From a virus, in the IMG/VR virus record IMGVR_UViG_3300028920_000032, positions 32,001 through 96,000 of that record: 64,000 nt of DNA; one strand, 5' to 3'. This document shows, piece by piece, positions 1 to 9,982 of this stretch (position 1 is the first letter of the stretch; the number at the start of each line of letters is the position of its first letter). The notes under the pieces were generated by a model. That model ran no database searches and was not told where the DNA came from. It was given only the letters and a program-made list of their open reading frames with translations. Both the position numbers and the translations under genes were made by a program.

Positions 1-1965
1 GATACCATTACTCATAGTTATATTTGAACCAGTGCCTGCTGCTGACCAGCCATTAAATGCCCCAAATTTAAAATCATGATCAGCATTTAATACTTCTCTG
101 TTCAACCCATCAAATGAAATTATTAATTCATCATTTATTGCGCCTTTTACATTGATACTAGCTGTACTATTACTATATGGAAATGTTCCAACATCAGCTG
201 CTTCATATAAAGTAAATTTGCTATCAATATAAGGATATACACTATTCCTTGTGATTGTGCCATTTAAATAGTCTATTATATAATCATTATTTGGATAATT
301 ATAATCATTTGTTGATAGTGTATTTTCTTCATATGTGGCTCTAGTATCTAATGACCAAGCATAAGTTCTTTCACCTGGATATACTGGAGCTTGAGGTATG
401 GATTGTTCATCTCCTGTCGCAAAATTGATTTGTACATATTCTTCTTGATTTGAATCTTCATAATATTGTACAAGAACAGTGTCAGTTGCCGCAATATTGC
501 CACCAGTTAATCTAACTATAGTTCTTGATTCTAGATCAATAACAAAATCATTTCCAGGTGAATATAGTGTACCATGCATTAAATCACTTACTCTTAAGTT
601 TGAATAATCATTATGATGTGCATTATCTTTTAATTTTGTTAATTCAATTTGTTGTTCACCAGACTGAAATGTAATAAACTCTTTGTCTCTTGGTCCATAA
701 GGTTGGTATGGTCTACCAATTCTCATTGAGATTGGATAACTATATGTTTCAAAAGATTCCCATCCTAATTTATTTATTACTGGATATATCCAAGATTCAA
801 ATGGAGGTATGTGATAACCAAAATCATCATATATTTCATCTGGCTCATTACTTTTCCCATATGTTATACTATTCATTATAGTTGAATTGTCTTGAAGTAA
901 CACTACAAAATCTGTTGGGTTAACTGTTTTTTCAACAGTAGTCAAACTTAGTGGACCATACCTTCTAGCATGTTCTGTAGTTTCTGATTCAGATCCACCA
1001 CTACCAGATGTTAAATTGACAAAACTTATCTGTAGAGTATTGCCCGCGGCAGTAATATTTGTAGTATAATTTATAGAATTCAATGTAATATTTCCAACTG
1101 ATCCACTAGTAACTCTATACCAAACCATTATTTCATCTAAACCATTTGGGTTAAATGTTGCTACTACTGCTGATTCCCCAAAAACTAAATAAGCACTGTT
1201 TTCTTCAGTATTTTGTATTTTACATGGTGGCAAATCAATATCACTAGCGTCTTGCGCTTCGGGACTTATAAAAGATGTTACTATAGTTAATTCTTTTTTA
1301 GAAATTATATTACCATCACCATCTCTTGAAACTTTCCATACTCTGATTGATCCTTCTTCAATGCCAACTTTAGAAAGTTTTATATATTCATTATCAATAC
1401 CTGACATAGTGAAGAATTCACGATAACTTCTTCCTTCATAAAAAACTAAATCGCTATGAAACAGTGTTGGTGAAACTTGATAACCTGTATCAAATTCATA
1501 GGAACTACTTGTTCCTTCATATATATATTTATTGTTATCGTCTTTATTTAATAATTCAAAATATACTCTACTCCCATCTAAATCAGTTGCCGGAACTGTA
1601 TATCTCGCTGGAATAGCAAATGGATCTACCCAGCTATTTATTGTTGCTTTTACAGTACATGCTGCTGTTGTGGGAAGAGTCAATCTATAATTTATTAATT
1701 TTAGTATATTCATTAAATTAGTTTTTTGAGTTGCTGTCGGTTCAAAATTTTCATTAGCAACCCAATCAATTCTATCTGCTAATATAGACATTACAAATGC
1801 AACTACTTCAATTGTTACTCTGCCAGCATTACTGCTTAAAAAGTCATCTACATTGGAAAAATAGTCTGGATGATTTGTAATTAAATCACTAACTAATGAA
1901 ATTATACTATCATAATCGAGGCTAGTATAATCAATACGAGCTAATTCTGGTAATCTTACGCTCAT
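1..1965 (-). CDS. Baseplate wedge subunit, T4 gp6-like (runs off the window's left edge)
   Basis: Manually translated from ATG at 1965: MSVRLPELARIDYTSLDYDSIISLVSDLIT...DFLSSNAGRVTIEVVAFVMSILADRIDWVANENFEPTATQKTNLMNILKLINY, a typical gp6/baseplate-J N-terminus; near the gp25-like gene. Confidence 0.85.
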   Translation of the reverse strand, partial: MSVRLPELARIDYTSLDYDSIISLVSDLITNHPDYFSNVDDFLSSNAGRVTIEVVAFVMSILADRIDWVANENFEPTATQKTNLMNILKLINYRLTLPTTAACTVKATINSWVDPFAIPARYTVPATDLDGSRVYFELLNKDDNNKYIYEGTSSSYEFDTGYQVSPTLFHSDLVFYEGRSYREFFTMSGIDNEYIKLSKVGIEEGSIRVWKVSRDGDGNIISKKELTIVTSFISPEAQDASDIDLPPCKIQNTEENSAYLVFGESAVVATFNPNGLDEIMVWYRVTSGSVGNITLNSINYTTNITAAGNTLQISFVNLTSGSGGSESETTEHARRYGPLSLTTVEKTVNPTDFVVLLQDNSTIMNSITYGKSNEPDEIYDDFGYHIPPFESWIYPVINKLGWESFETYSYPISMRIGRPYQPYGPRDKEFITFQSGEQQIELTKLKDNAHHNDYSNLRVSDLMHGTLYSPGNDFVIDLESRTIVRLTGGNIAATDTVLVQYYEDSNQEEYVQINFATGDEQSIPQAPVYPGERTYAWSLDTRATYEENTLSTNDYNYPNNDYIIDYLNGTITRNSVYPYIDSKFTLYEAADVGTFPYSNSTASINVKGAINDELIISFDGLNREVLNADHDFKFGAFNGWSAAGTGSNITMSNGI

Positions 1966-1994
1966 TTATTTGTTCCCTCACCATTAAAAAATAT

Positions 1995-2321
1995 TTATAA
2001 ATTCTTAAAGAATGTTATTATGAATTCATGTTTATTTTTAAATAAATTATTTAATTTATTTTTATTTAATTTAAATAATCCTGAAAATGGACTTTTTTGA
2101 TCACATTTTATAAAAGTTCCGTTCACTCCCATAGTATACCTATTGTTAAAATAATTATTTTCACTAAATATATATGTAAAATTATAATGTGGTATCAGAG
2201 GACCATACCCATCCTCCCTTGCGTCTATTATACCATTGTATCTCATAATTGTTATAGTGCCTCTACTGCGTCCGCCATCATAAAAATAATATAATTCACC
2301 TTTTTTAATATCTTTGATCAT
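1995..2321 (-). CDS. Hypothetical protein with C-terminal KHEFIITFF tag
   Basis: ORF with SD-like GAGAGGAAG upstream; no family recognised. Confidence 0.6.
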   Translation of the reverse strand: MIKDIKKGELYYFYDGGRSRGTITIMRYNGIIDAREDGYGPLIPHYNFTYIFSENNYFNNRYTMGVNGTFIKCDQKSPFSGLFKLNKNKLNNLFKNKHEFIITFFKNL

Positions 2322-2339
2322 ATTATTCTTCCTCTCATT

Positions 2340-2816
2340 TTATTCAAATATACTCTTTATCAATTTATAATAATCTTTATGTTCAATAGGCCAACCATTT
2401 GTATTTATATAAAATTCAAAATTATTTATTCTAGCTAAAGCTCTGCCTTCTTTGAAATTGCCAACATCATCATAAATTATAGGCGTTGTCACTTTGCCAT
2501 TTAGATCAATATGGCCATATTTACCATTTTTCTGCTGGACCCAAGCTCTGCCTTCAGAGAAATAGCCAACATCATCATAAATTATTGGCGTTGTTATATT
2601 GCCATTTAGATCAACATGACCACATTTGCCATTTTTCTTAACCCAAGCTCTGCCTTCTTGGAAATAGCCAACACTATCATAAACTATAGGCGTTGTCACT
2701 TTACCATTTAGATCAACATGACCCTCTTTACCATTTTTCTGGACCCAAGCTCTGCCTTCATTGAAATAACCAATGTTATCTAAATTTAATTTTTTCTTTA
2801 TTTGTTCTTTAGTCAT
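2340..2816 (-). CDS. WG (KWG-Leptospira-type) repeat protein, paralog A
   Basis: Tandem ~35-aa repeats FxEGRAWVxKNGKxGHVDLNGKVTTPIIYDDVG. Confidence 0.9.
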   Translation of the reverse strand: MTKEQIKKKLNLDNIGYFNEGRAWVQKNGKEGHVDLNGKVTTPIVYDSVGYFQEGRAWVKKNGKCGHVDLNGNITTPIIYDDVGYFSEGRAWVQQKNGKYGHIDLNGKVTTPIIYDDVGNFKEGRALARINNFEFYINTNGWPIEHKDYYKLIKSIFE

Positions 2817-3184
2817 TTAAACAAACCTTTTATCAATTTATAAAAATCTTTGTGTTCAATAGGCCAACCATTTGTATTTATATAAAATTCAAAATCATTT
2901 ATTCTAACCCAAGTTCTGCCTTTATAGAAATTGCCAACATCATCATAAATTATTGGCGTTGTCATTTTACCATTTAGATCAACATGACCCTCTTTACCAT
3001 TTTTTTCAACATAAGCTCTGCCTTCATAGAAATCGCCAACATCATCATAAACTATAGGTGTTGTCACTTTACCATTTAGATCAACATGACCATATTTGCC
3101 ATTTTTTACAACTATTGCTCTGCCTTCTTGGAAAGAGCCAACGCCATCTAAATTTAATTTTTTCTTTATTTGTTCTTTGGTCAA
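2813..3184 (-). CDS. WG repeat protein, paralog B (TTG start)
   Basis: Same repeats and same N-/C-caps as paralog A. Confidence 0.9.
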   Translation of the reverse strand: MTKEQIKKKLNLDGVGSFQEGRAIVVKNGKYGHVDLNGKVTTPIVYDDVGDFYEGRAYVEKNGKEGHVDLNGKMTTPIIYDDVGNFYKGRTWVRINDFEFYINTNGWPIEHKDFYKLIKGLFK

Positions 3185-3189
3185 ATCTC

Positions 3190-3555
3190 TTACATACCTT
3201 CTGGAATATCATAATTTAAAGTTATTTCTTCAGTTTCAGTGTTATCAATTCTTTGAGTATATAGATGTATTCTTAAAGCATGGTCTTCTTCTATATATTC
3301 AGTTTGAACTTCAATAATTTTTATTCTAGTTTCTATTTCAGCTAATTTACTATGTATTTCTACTGCTAAATCTTGTAAAGTATCTGCAGTTATTGGCATA
3401 AAGACTTTGTTTCTCATTCCTACACCAAATGTTGGCCTCATTACACGTTCACCTGGAGTAGTCATAAGTATTCTTATTATTGATTCATAAATTAAATCTT
3501 TGCCTTGTTTAATAGAAAACCAATTTTTGTTATAGAAGCCAATGCCCCTAGCCAT
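3190..3555 (-). CDS. Baseplate wedge protein, gp25-like
   Basis: ESIIRILMTTPGERVMRPTFGVG...ETRIKI motif. Confidence 0.92.
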   Translation of the reverse strand: MARGIGFYNKNWFSIKQGKDLIYESIIRILMTTPGERVMRPTFGVGMRNKVFMPITADTLQDLAVEIHSKLAEIETRIKIIEVQTEYIEEDHALRIHLYTQRIDNTETEEITLNYDIPEGM

Positions 3556-3594
3556 TTTATCTTCCTTGAGAGTACAATTGTACTCTACAATCAG

Positions 3595-3607
3595 TTTTAA
3601 TTATCTT
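3595..3607 (-). promoter_or_regulatory. Putative late promoter AAGATAATTAAAA upstream of gp25
   Basis: Exact 13-mer also at 25616-25628 (-) and 43153-43165 (+), always upstream of a gene in the matching orientation. Confidence 0.65.
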
Positions 3608-3633
3608 TGAAGTTATTATAAATAGGTTTGTTT

Positions 3634-6600
3634 TTATGTCGGTAAATCTACTGGTCTTATCCCTTCAACTATATTAGAATATTCGCTTTCTCTAACAATT
3701 CTTCCAGCTACAACTTCTACGGCTTTTACTTTATAATATTCTGGAACTCCAATAAGAGCTCCAGTGCCAGAAGCTGCTTTTGCTAAGCCATCAGTGAATA
3801 AATCTAGCCAATTTGTACCAAATGTACCTTTTGTAATACTTATTGTTGCCCTTTCACCCTTAGCATTGCTAGTAAATTTAATTCGATAAAATATACCATC
3901 ATGAGGATGTTCTAATTCAACTAGTTCACAAGTTAGATTATTTAAACCATTTCCAAAAGCTGTATTAAGACTATTTACCATGTTTTGACAAGTCCATGTC
4001 CCCGATGCTGGTGATGTAATATAATATTGATAAATAGTTGGCAAATATGTATCTTCTGCTGTAACCATAACAATTAAATAATATCTTATATTTGCTGTAT
4101 AATCAGTATCAGCAATTCCATCGCTTGTTGAAGAAAAAGAATCTAATAAATATTGTTCAGCAGGATATTGATCTATAAAAGTTATATTAGTTTCTATATA
4201 TTCATTTCCATCATCCTGTGAAACATAACTAAATGGGGAAGTTTCAGCAGGAGCTTTATATATTACATAACCATTTGCGCCAGATAAAGAATTCCAATTT
4301 AGTGTAACTTTTTCTTTATCTGTTGTTGTAGCTGTTAATGTAATAGTTTGCCACAATCTTTTACCATTTGAATTTTCAGTTATTTCTGACATTTCTGATT
4401 CATATTCTATAGTTAAATTATTTGAATCATCATAGTATTCATATTCACTTGAATCAGCAACGGCTGTAATTCTATACCAGTATGCTAATCCTGGGAGAGC
4501 ATTTGTATCTTCATAATAAGTATTTGTCGTATTATCAATTAAAATATATCCACTAGTTCTTAATGTTGATCTATAAATATAATATTTAGATGCATTAACA
4601 GCAGCATCCCATTCTATTCTAGCATGTAAACTACTTGGGGTTACGCCATTATCGTGTATTCCGCCAACTTTTATATTTTCTGGAGGATTCCAAAGTATAG
4701 CTCCAGTTTCACCATGAGTTGTTTTATCTCCACTATATTCTTCACTATGCCACTGTGACATACTATCCCAATCTTTGTCATTTATTGTACCACCACCAAG
4801 TGTAACATCACCACTGGCACTCCATCCATTATCAACTTGTATACGATAATAATAAATTTTACCTTCTTCTAAATTAGTGACACCAGCAACTGCACTGTCT
4901 GGCGTTGTACTTAATGCTGTAAATAGATCAATTCCTACTGTACCAGCTGTTAATGCGATGGATGAGGAGCTTCCATATGTGTTGGATGTAATTCTTATAT
5001 CAGTACTTTCAATAGTCGAACTAAATCCATATTCTTCTTCTTCAGCAAGTTCATTTATTATATTTGCTAATGCTTCCCAAGATTGACAATCAGCTCCAAT
5101 CAATACTATTTCAATTGCACTAGCTCCATCAACTGAAACTTTAAAACTATATTGCGTCATATTATTATTAAGCGGAGGAGTAGCATTAAGATCTGCAAAA
5201 TTTAACCCAAATTCTTGATAACCTTGATAAGCCGCTATGTCTTCTAATATATTTCTAGGATTTTGGAAGAAATCATAATTTGGTGGATCACCTGGATCAG
5301 TATAATCATATTGTGATGAATTACCATAAGGAGTTGTAAATGTATTCCATGATCCATTTTGACCTTCTTTTCTTTCAATTCTATAGCTAGAAGCAGAAAC
5401 TACAGAATCCCACTCTAAAATAATCCTGTCTGATTCCGTCGTAGATATTGTTATATTTAATGGAGATATGTCATAAGTTTTAGCATTGGTTATTACATTA
5501 TCCATTAAATCTTCTAAATCTTGAATTTCATTATCTGGAGTTGTTCGTATTGCAGATACATAAGCATCATAATAACCACGATATGCCATAGATAGTGATC
5601 CACTAGTTCTATTTAATCTTTGATTAACAAAATACCATTTCCAATAGTATAATTTACTACCATAAAGTGTGCCAGAATTATTTTCATTAGCTGCTGAATT
5701 TGTTGTTGGTTTCCAAGATTCACTTGAACCAAGTTGGTACCAAGTATCATTTGTAGCATGTTTTCCAAGTAGTTGATATATTTCTTCTCTTCTGTCTGGT
5801 ATGTCCCCAGATTGTGCACCACTATATGAGCTTCCAGAGAAAGCAATTAAAGCATTTAAATGAGTTGTTATTAATGCATCTAAATCATCATCATCCCATC
5901 TTGAATCATTTTCATCCCAGTCATTTGTGGCGGGATCACCTACTGCTGATTTCCAGTTACTTAACCAAGAAGACCAACTTGTATTCATTGTATTTGCTGC
6001 ACTTTTTCCAGGATCTGTTAAGTTTGTTTTCTCGTTTATAACTTCATAATTATATCCAATAATATCATTTAAATCTGATTGAATTGTTGATATAAGGGAG
6101 CTAATTGCATCTATTCTAGTTTCAAATTCTTCATGATATTGACTATATACTGAGCTCCAAATATTTTCACGACCGTCAGAAGCTGTTCCTTTTTTAACTG
6201 TGTCAATCATTGTTGGGTTTTTTATGAATTCTCTTTCAGCATCAAGATCTTCATCACTAAGATCTCCATCACCAGGAGTTGGCCAATAAGCATCAGTATA
6301 TGTATAATTCCACTGATATGGACTAATTCCACTATATGATGCACTATCAATATATATTATCCACCCTTCATCTGTAGCAGATGCGTCATATACTGCATAC
6401 CACCCTTCTCCAGCTAAAGGGTCTGGATCTCCCGCTCCACATGATATATGAAAAGATCCAGTAGTTGTACCTGAATGACCGGCAATTATCTCTGTATATT
6501 CTGAAGATGTTCCATTACCTGTTCCCCAATATGTATATCTCATTCTTTCAAATGGACTTGGGCTAGTTTCTGGCGCGCCAGCATCAATATCATCTATACC

Positions 6601-7296
6601 ATAATCTCCTAATGTTGAATCTAATCTAGTAAAGCCTGCATCTACATGAGTTGTATATGAATCTATTAAAATATTTGTTCTATAAACCCATCTACCATCA
6701 TATATAATTTTTCCCCAAAGTAAATTATTCTCGTCACCATAATGTTCTAATGGTTCTTTCATAGTAAAGTTCGAACCTGTTTCAAATGGGTTGGCTGCAT
6801 TTGTATATACTGTGCTTGGTTCAGCATTAATCCAAGCTACATCATCATCTGAGCCTAAGCTACTATATTTTTGATTTAGCAATACAAATGGATGTCTTTG
6901 GTATGGAACTTCTTTAGCATTAAATCTCATATATTCATAAGTGCTTAAAGTAGATATGTCAGTAAAAAAGAATTCTTCTTGTTGTCTTGATGCATCTGCA
7001 TTTTGCCACCATGTATTTGTTGGTGGTATATTAGGAGGATCATTAGTTTCACTTGGAGATAAATTAGCGGCTGAATCATAAACATAACCAATCATATGTT
7101 TAAGTTCATCATAGTGTTCAACTATTAAATCATTTATATGTTTATAGCAAGCTTCTAACAAATATGTTTCTGGTTGTCCAGTTGAAATAGTTCCATCTCC
7201 GTCTATGATATCTGTATAATATTCATAATTAGTGATTCCATTATAATATTTTTGTATTAAGTTTGCGCGTTGTTCTTTTTGACTTTCAGCTTCCAT
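3634..7296 (-). CDS. Large virion/baseplate-associated protein with fibronectin type III-like repeats
   Basis: Repeated LxW..V..A..YxIxR and Y(W/Y)YRI motifs; lies in the baseplate module. Confidence 0.65.
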   Translation of the reverse strand: MEAESQKEQRANLIQKYYNGITNYEYYTDIIDGDGTISTGQPETYLLEACYKHINDLIVEHYDELKHMIGYVYDSAANLSPSETNDPPNIPPTNTWWQNADASRQQEEFFFTDISTLSTYEYMRFNAKEVPYQRHPFVLLNQKYSSLGSDDDVAWINAEPSTVYTNAANPFETGSNFTMKEPLEHYGDENNLLWGKIIYDGRWVYRTNILIDSYTTHVDAGFTRLDSTLGDYGIDDIDAGAPETSPSPFERMRYTYWGTGNGTSSEYTEIIAGHSGTTTGSFHISCGAGDPDPLAGEGWYAVYDASATDEGWIIYIDSASYSGISPYQWNYTYTDAYWPTPGDGDLSDEDLDAEREFIKNPTMIDTVKKGTASDGRENIWSSVYSQYHEEFETRIDAISSLISTIQSDLNDIIGYNYEVINEKTNLTDPGKSAANTMNTSWSSWLSNWKSAVGDPATNDWDENDSRWDDDDLDALITTHLNALIAFSGSSYSGAQSGDIPDRREEIYQLLGKHATNDTWYQLGSSESWKPTTNSAANENNSGTLYGSKLYYWKWYFVNQRLNRTSGSLSMAYRGYYDAYVSAIRTTPDNEIQDLEDLMDNVITNAKTYDISPLNITISTTESDRIILEWDSVVSASSYRIERKEGQNGSWNTFTTPYGNSSQYDYTDPGDPPNYDFFQNPRNILEDIAAYQGYQEFGLNFADLNATPPLNNNMTQYSFKVSVDGASAIEIVLIGADCQSWEALANIINELAEEEEYGFSSTIESTDIRITSNTYGSSSSIALTAGTVGIDLFTALSTTPDSAVAGVTNLEEGKIYYYRIQVDNGWSASGDVTLGGGTINDKDWDSMSQWHSEEYSGDKTTHGETGAILWNPPENIKVGGIHDNGVTPSSLHARIEWDAAVNASKYYIYRSTLRTSGYILIDNTTNTYYEDTNALPGLAYWYRITAVADSSEYEYYDDSNNLTIEYESEMSEITENSNGKRLWQTITLTATTTDKEKVTLNWNSLSGANGYVIYKAPAETSPFSYVSQDDGNEYIETNITFIDQYPAEQYLLDSFSSTSDGIADTDYTANIRYYLIVMVTAEDTYLPTIYQYYITSPASGTWTCQNMVNSLNTAFGNGLNNLTCELVELEHPHDGIFYRIKFTSNAKGERATISITKGTFGTNWLDLFTDGLAKAASGTGALIGVPEYYKVKAVEVVAGRIVRESEYSNIVEGIRPVDLPT

Positions 7297-7307
7297 ATAT
7301 TATTTCC

Positions 7308-7772
7308 TTAAGAAGTTTTTACTTTATCTGAAGCAGTTGTAATTTTTCCTTTTACTTTTGTTGGAAGTAAAGGTTTAAGTGCACCGAATAATGCCGCAAC
7401 TACTGGGCTTGGTGCATTTGGCGGATGTGGAGTAGCTAAGTTTGTTTGAAGTGTACTAACTAAAGCTTCCATAAAAGACATGAATTGAGAATCTGTAGTC
7501 ATATCAATTGTTATCTCATCATCTTTTCTTGCAATGCCTTTTAATTGTCCGCCACAGTTTAATTTAATTTCGGGTGCTTTTATTTCTGCAGTCTTTGAAT
7601 TATCTTTAACTAATATATCATTAATGACAATTGCTATAGCTTCTAATAATTCTATGATAGTAGGCGCGTTTTTAGCCATCTCATTTCTTACTGGATTCAT
7701 GTTGAAACCTTTCTTCTCAGCTTCATCTTTTAATTTACTAAAAATGACATCTTTATCAAATATTTTAGCCAT
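7308..7772 (-). CDS. Putative baseplate spike C-terminal/tip-like protein
   Basis: IARKDD...GKITTASDKVK resembles spike-tip segments; downstream of the gp5-like gene. Confidence 0.45.
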   Translation of the reverse strand: MAKIFDKDVIFSKLKDEAEKKGFNMNPVRNEMAKNAPTIIELLEAIAIVINDILVKDNSKTAEIKAPEIKLNCGGQLKGIARKDDEITIDMTTDSQFMSFMEALVSTLQTNLATPHPPNAPSPVVAALFGALKPLLPTKVKGKITTASDKVKTS

Positions 7773-7784
7773 TATATTTTCTCC

Positions 7785-8705
7785 TTAATACTCACTCTCT
7801 ACTGAATCTAAAGCTTCCATTGCAGTTGATATACTATCAAGTGGAGTTGCCGCCACTGGGTAACCACCAAAGAAATCATAGACCGTACTACCAAATGCAG
7901 CCGGACCTAGTTTTTCTAACATGAATGATAAAAGTAACATTCCATATTTTACTGATGCTTCTTCAGGATTAGATACAAATTCTTGTAATATAGTTACTAT
8001 CAATGTTATCTGATCAACCTGTGGTTGAACACTAGCTAATTTTGTTGCTATGTCTGCTAACGCACTTTGTACTATAGGTGAATTAGGACCTAGAAATTTT
8101 GACAATATTGCTTTTGGTGTAGCAGCAATTGCTGATGGTAATTTAATAAGTGTCTCAATTAAATAACTAGCCATATCAATTAATGCAGTAGTAATAGCAC
8201 CAGTTTCTGTACCATTAAACCAGTATGCTAAAATGGTATCAGGTGTCATTGATTGTCTAGTCATTGAAAACGAATAAGCCCAAACATCATCCATATTTAT
8301 TGTTGTCACAGCAGTTGAACTTTTTCTACCCGATTCAGTAGTAGCTGACATTGTTACTTCTACTGGTGTTTCATCTTCAGTGTCATCTCTATCTGCCCAA
8401 CCATGTACTTGAGTAATTTCTGTTAGTGGAAACTTTTCATTATATATTTTATATGACATGCCATCAATTGTAGAGGTAGTCTTAAAATTATTCTCTTTAA
8501 TAAATCTAAATTCATAAACTCTTTCTGCAGGGTTATTAAGAGCGTTAGCAACTAGTTGTTGAACTCTTGGATCATTTCTTTCTAATGCTTCCATTTCTTC
8601 TGTTGGCGTATATCCTTTAATAACAAGTGTTAATCGGTCTGGAAATTGTTCTTCAGGAATTCGAATTATTAATTTTTTAAATTTATTTGTATTAACATTA
8701 GCCAT
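7785..8705 (-). CDS. Hypothetical protein in baseplate module
   Basis: 306-aa ORF in operon. Confidence 0.6.
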   Translation of the reverse strand: MANVNTNKFKKLIIRIPEEQFPDRLTLVIKGYTPTEEMEALERNDPRVQQLVANALNNPAERVYEFRFIKENNFKTTSTIDGMSYKIYNEKFPLTEITQVHGWADRDDTEDETPVEVTMSATTESGRKSSTAVTTINMDDVWAYSFSMTRQSMTPDTILAYWFNGTETGAITTALIDMASYLIETLIKLPSAIAATPKAILSKFLGPNSPIVQSALADIATKLASVQPQVDQITLIVTILQEFVSNPEEASVKYGMLLLSFMLEKLGPAAFGSTVYDFFGGYPVAATPLDSISTAMEALDSVESEY

Positions 8706-8711
8706 TAAACA

Positions 8712-9620
8712 TTAACCCCCAACAATAGTCTTTGTAGATCCTACATGTGTTTGCATGCATGTGAATGGACATATACAATTTGATGTTACTACACCGGCAG
8801 CTCCAAATTCACCAGGAGGCCCAACTACTAATGTTTCTCCATCGATTTTTACAACTAATCCATTTATATTAATTGATCCATTTTCTAAACTTTGAATATT
8901 TATTTGACACTTATCAGAACCTTTTATATTTATAAATCCTTCTTTAACTGATAACTCATCTCCCAATGCAGATTTCATTGTTATTCCACTGTCATCTATT
9001 GTGATCTCATGCACTCTTCCATCAGCTGTTCTAACTCCTAAAACAAGTGCACCATCTCTTAATGATACATATGAAGAAGATGATGTTGAAGTAGTAATTC
9101 CGAATGGTTCATACTCATAATCTAATTGATTTTTGTGGATGAGTTCCATCTTTGATTCATTTATAACAATTAAATTTTCTACCGAATTACTATCAGATTG
9201 AGTATCTGGATTGTCAATAGAAGGATACTGTGTTTTTAATATTATAGTTGTTGGATCGTTATTTGCTTCAGCAGGTATACTAGGTACTGTTTCAACAACA
9301 GGATATCCAACTGAATCACTTGCTTCTTCATTTATCTTTTTTAATGGTGCAAATGGATAAGCTCCAATCCATACTGGGAAATTAGAATTTCCATTTTCAA
9401 ATATAACATAACCATCAGCATGAATAGGTGGAAGCATGAAAAAACCCATACCAGACAAGCCACCATATGGTGTCAATACGGGACACCATGTATGTGATTC
9501 TTCGTTATAATTGAGTACACCATCTCTTTGATATATATGCACTAATATTTTATTCATTCCCGTTGGGTCATTGTTATCTAAACATTTTGCTCTATATATA
9601 CCAAACAATTTATTTTCCAT
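8712..9620 (-). CDS. Baseplate hub/spike protein, gp5/VgrG N-terminal OB-fold
   Basis: LFGIYRAKCLDNNDPTGMNKILVHI...GFFMLPP...VIFENGNSNFPVWIG. Confidence 0.85.
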   Translation of the reverse strand: MENKLFGIYRAKCLDNNDPTGMNKILVHIYQRDGVLNYNEESHTWCPVLTPYGGLSGMGFFMLPPIHADGYVIFENGNSNFPVWIGAYPFAPLKKINEEASDSVGYPVVETVPSIPAEANNDPTTIILKTQYPSIDNPDTQSDSNSVENLIVINESKMELIHKNQLDYEYEPFGITTSTSSSSYVSLRDGALVLGVRTADGRVHEITIDDSGITMKSALGDELSVKEGFINIKGSDKCQINIQSLENGSININGLVVKIDGETLVVGPPGEFGAAGVVTSNCICPFTCMQTHVGSTKTIVGG

Positions 9621-9631
9621 ATTAACTATCC

Positions 9632-9964
9632 TTATATTAATATTCCTATTAAAGTATTATAATCTGGTATTAAAATTGACCTATCAACATAGAAATCTTT
9701 AGGATGCCACAAATAATTATATCCCATTATTACCCAAAATAAATATGGTGTACCATAATGAAGATTTGAGATATTGTCAGGCCTATATTCATATTTTGCT
9801 TCTATTTTCCAAGCTTCAGAAGCGACATTCGATCTTATACGATTTAGTAGTGTAAAATTCTTTTTACCAAGTCGCATTACTTTTATGTCACTATCATAGA
9901 TAGTAAAATATTGTCTTAATCTAGAATATATATTATTAGTAGGTACTTCGCCTTCTTTAGCCAT
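9632..9964 (-). CDS. gp53-like LysM-type baseplate wedge protein
   Basis: YRPDNISNLHYGTPYLFWVIMGYN...SILIP. Confidence 0.8.
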   Translation of the reverse strand: MAKEGEVPTNNIYSRLRQYFTIYDSDIKVMRLGKKNFTLLNRIRSNVASEAWKIEAKYEYRPDNISNLHYGTPYLFWVIMGYNYLWHPKDFYVDRSILIPDYNTLIGILI

Positions 9965-9982
9965 CTTTTACTCCTTGTTATA

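Noticed and set aside
2340-3184. Regularly spaced CCATTTAGATCAACATGACC repeats as a CRISPR array (also at 17669-19587)
   Set aside because: The period is 105 bp, in frame within ORFs, and the intervening sequences are homologous to each other; these are protein repeats.
3569-3587. Palindrome AGAGTACAATTGTACTCT in the gp25 leader as a terminator
   Set aside because: No T-tract, and it lies between the putative late promoter and the SD. It may be a leader hairpin, but support is too thin.
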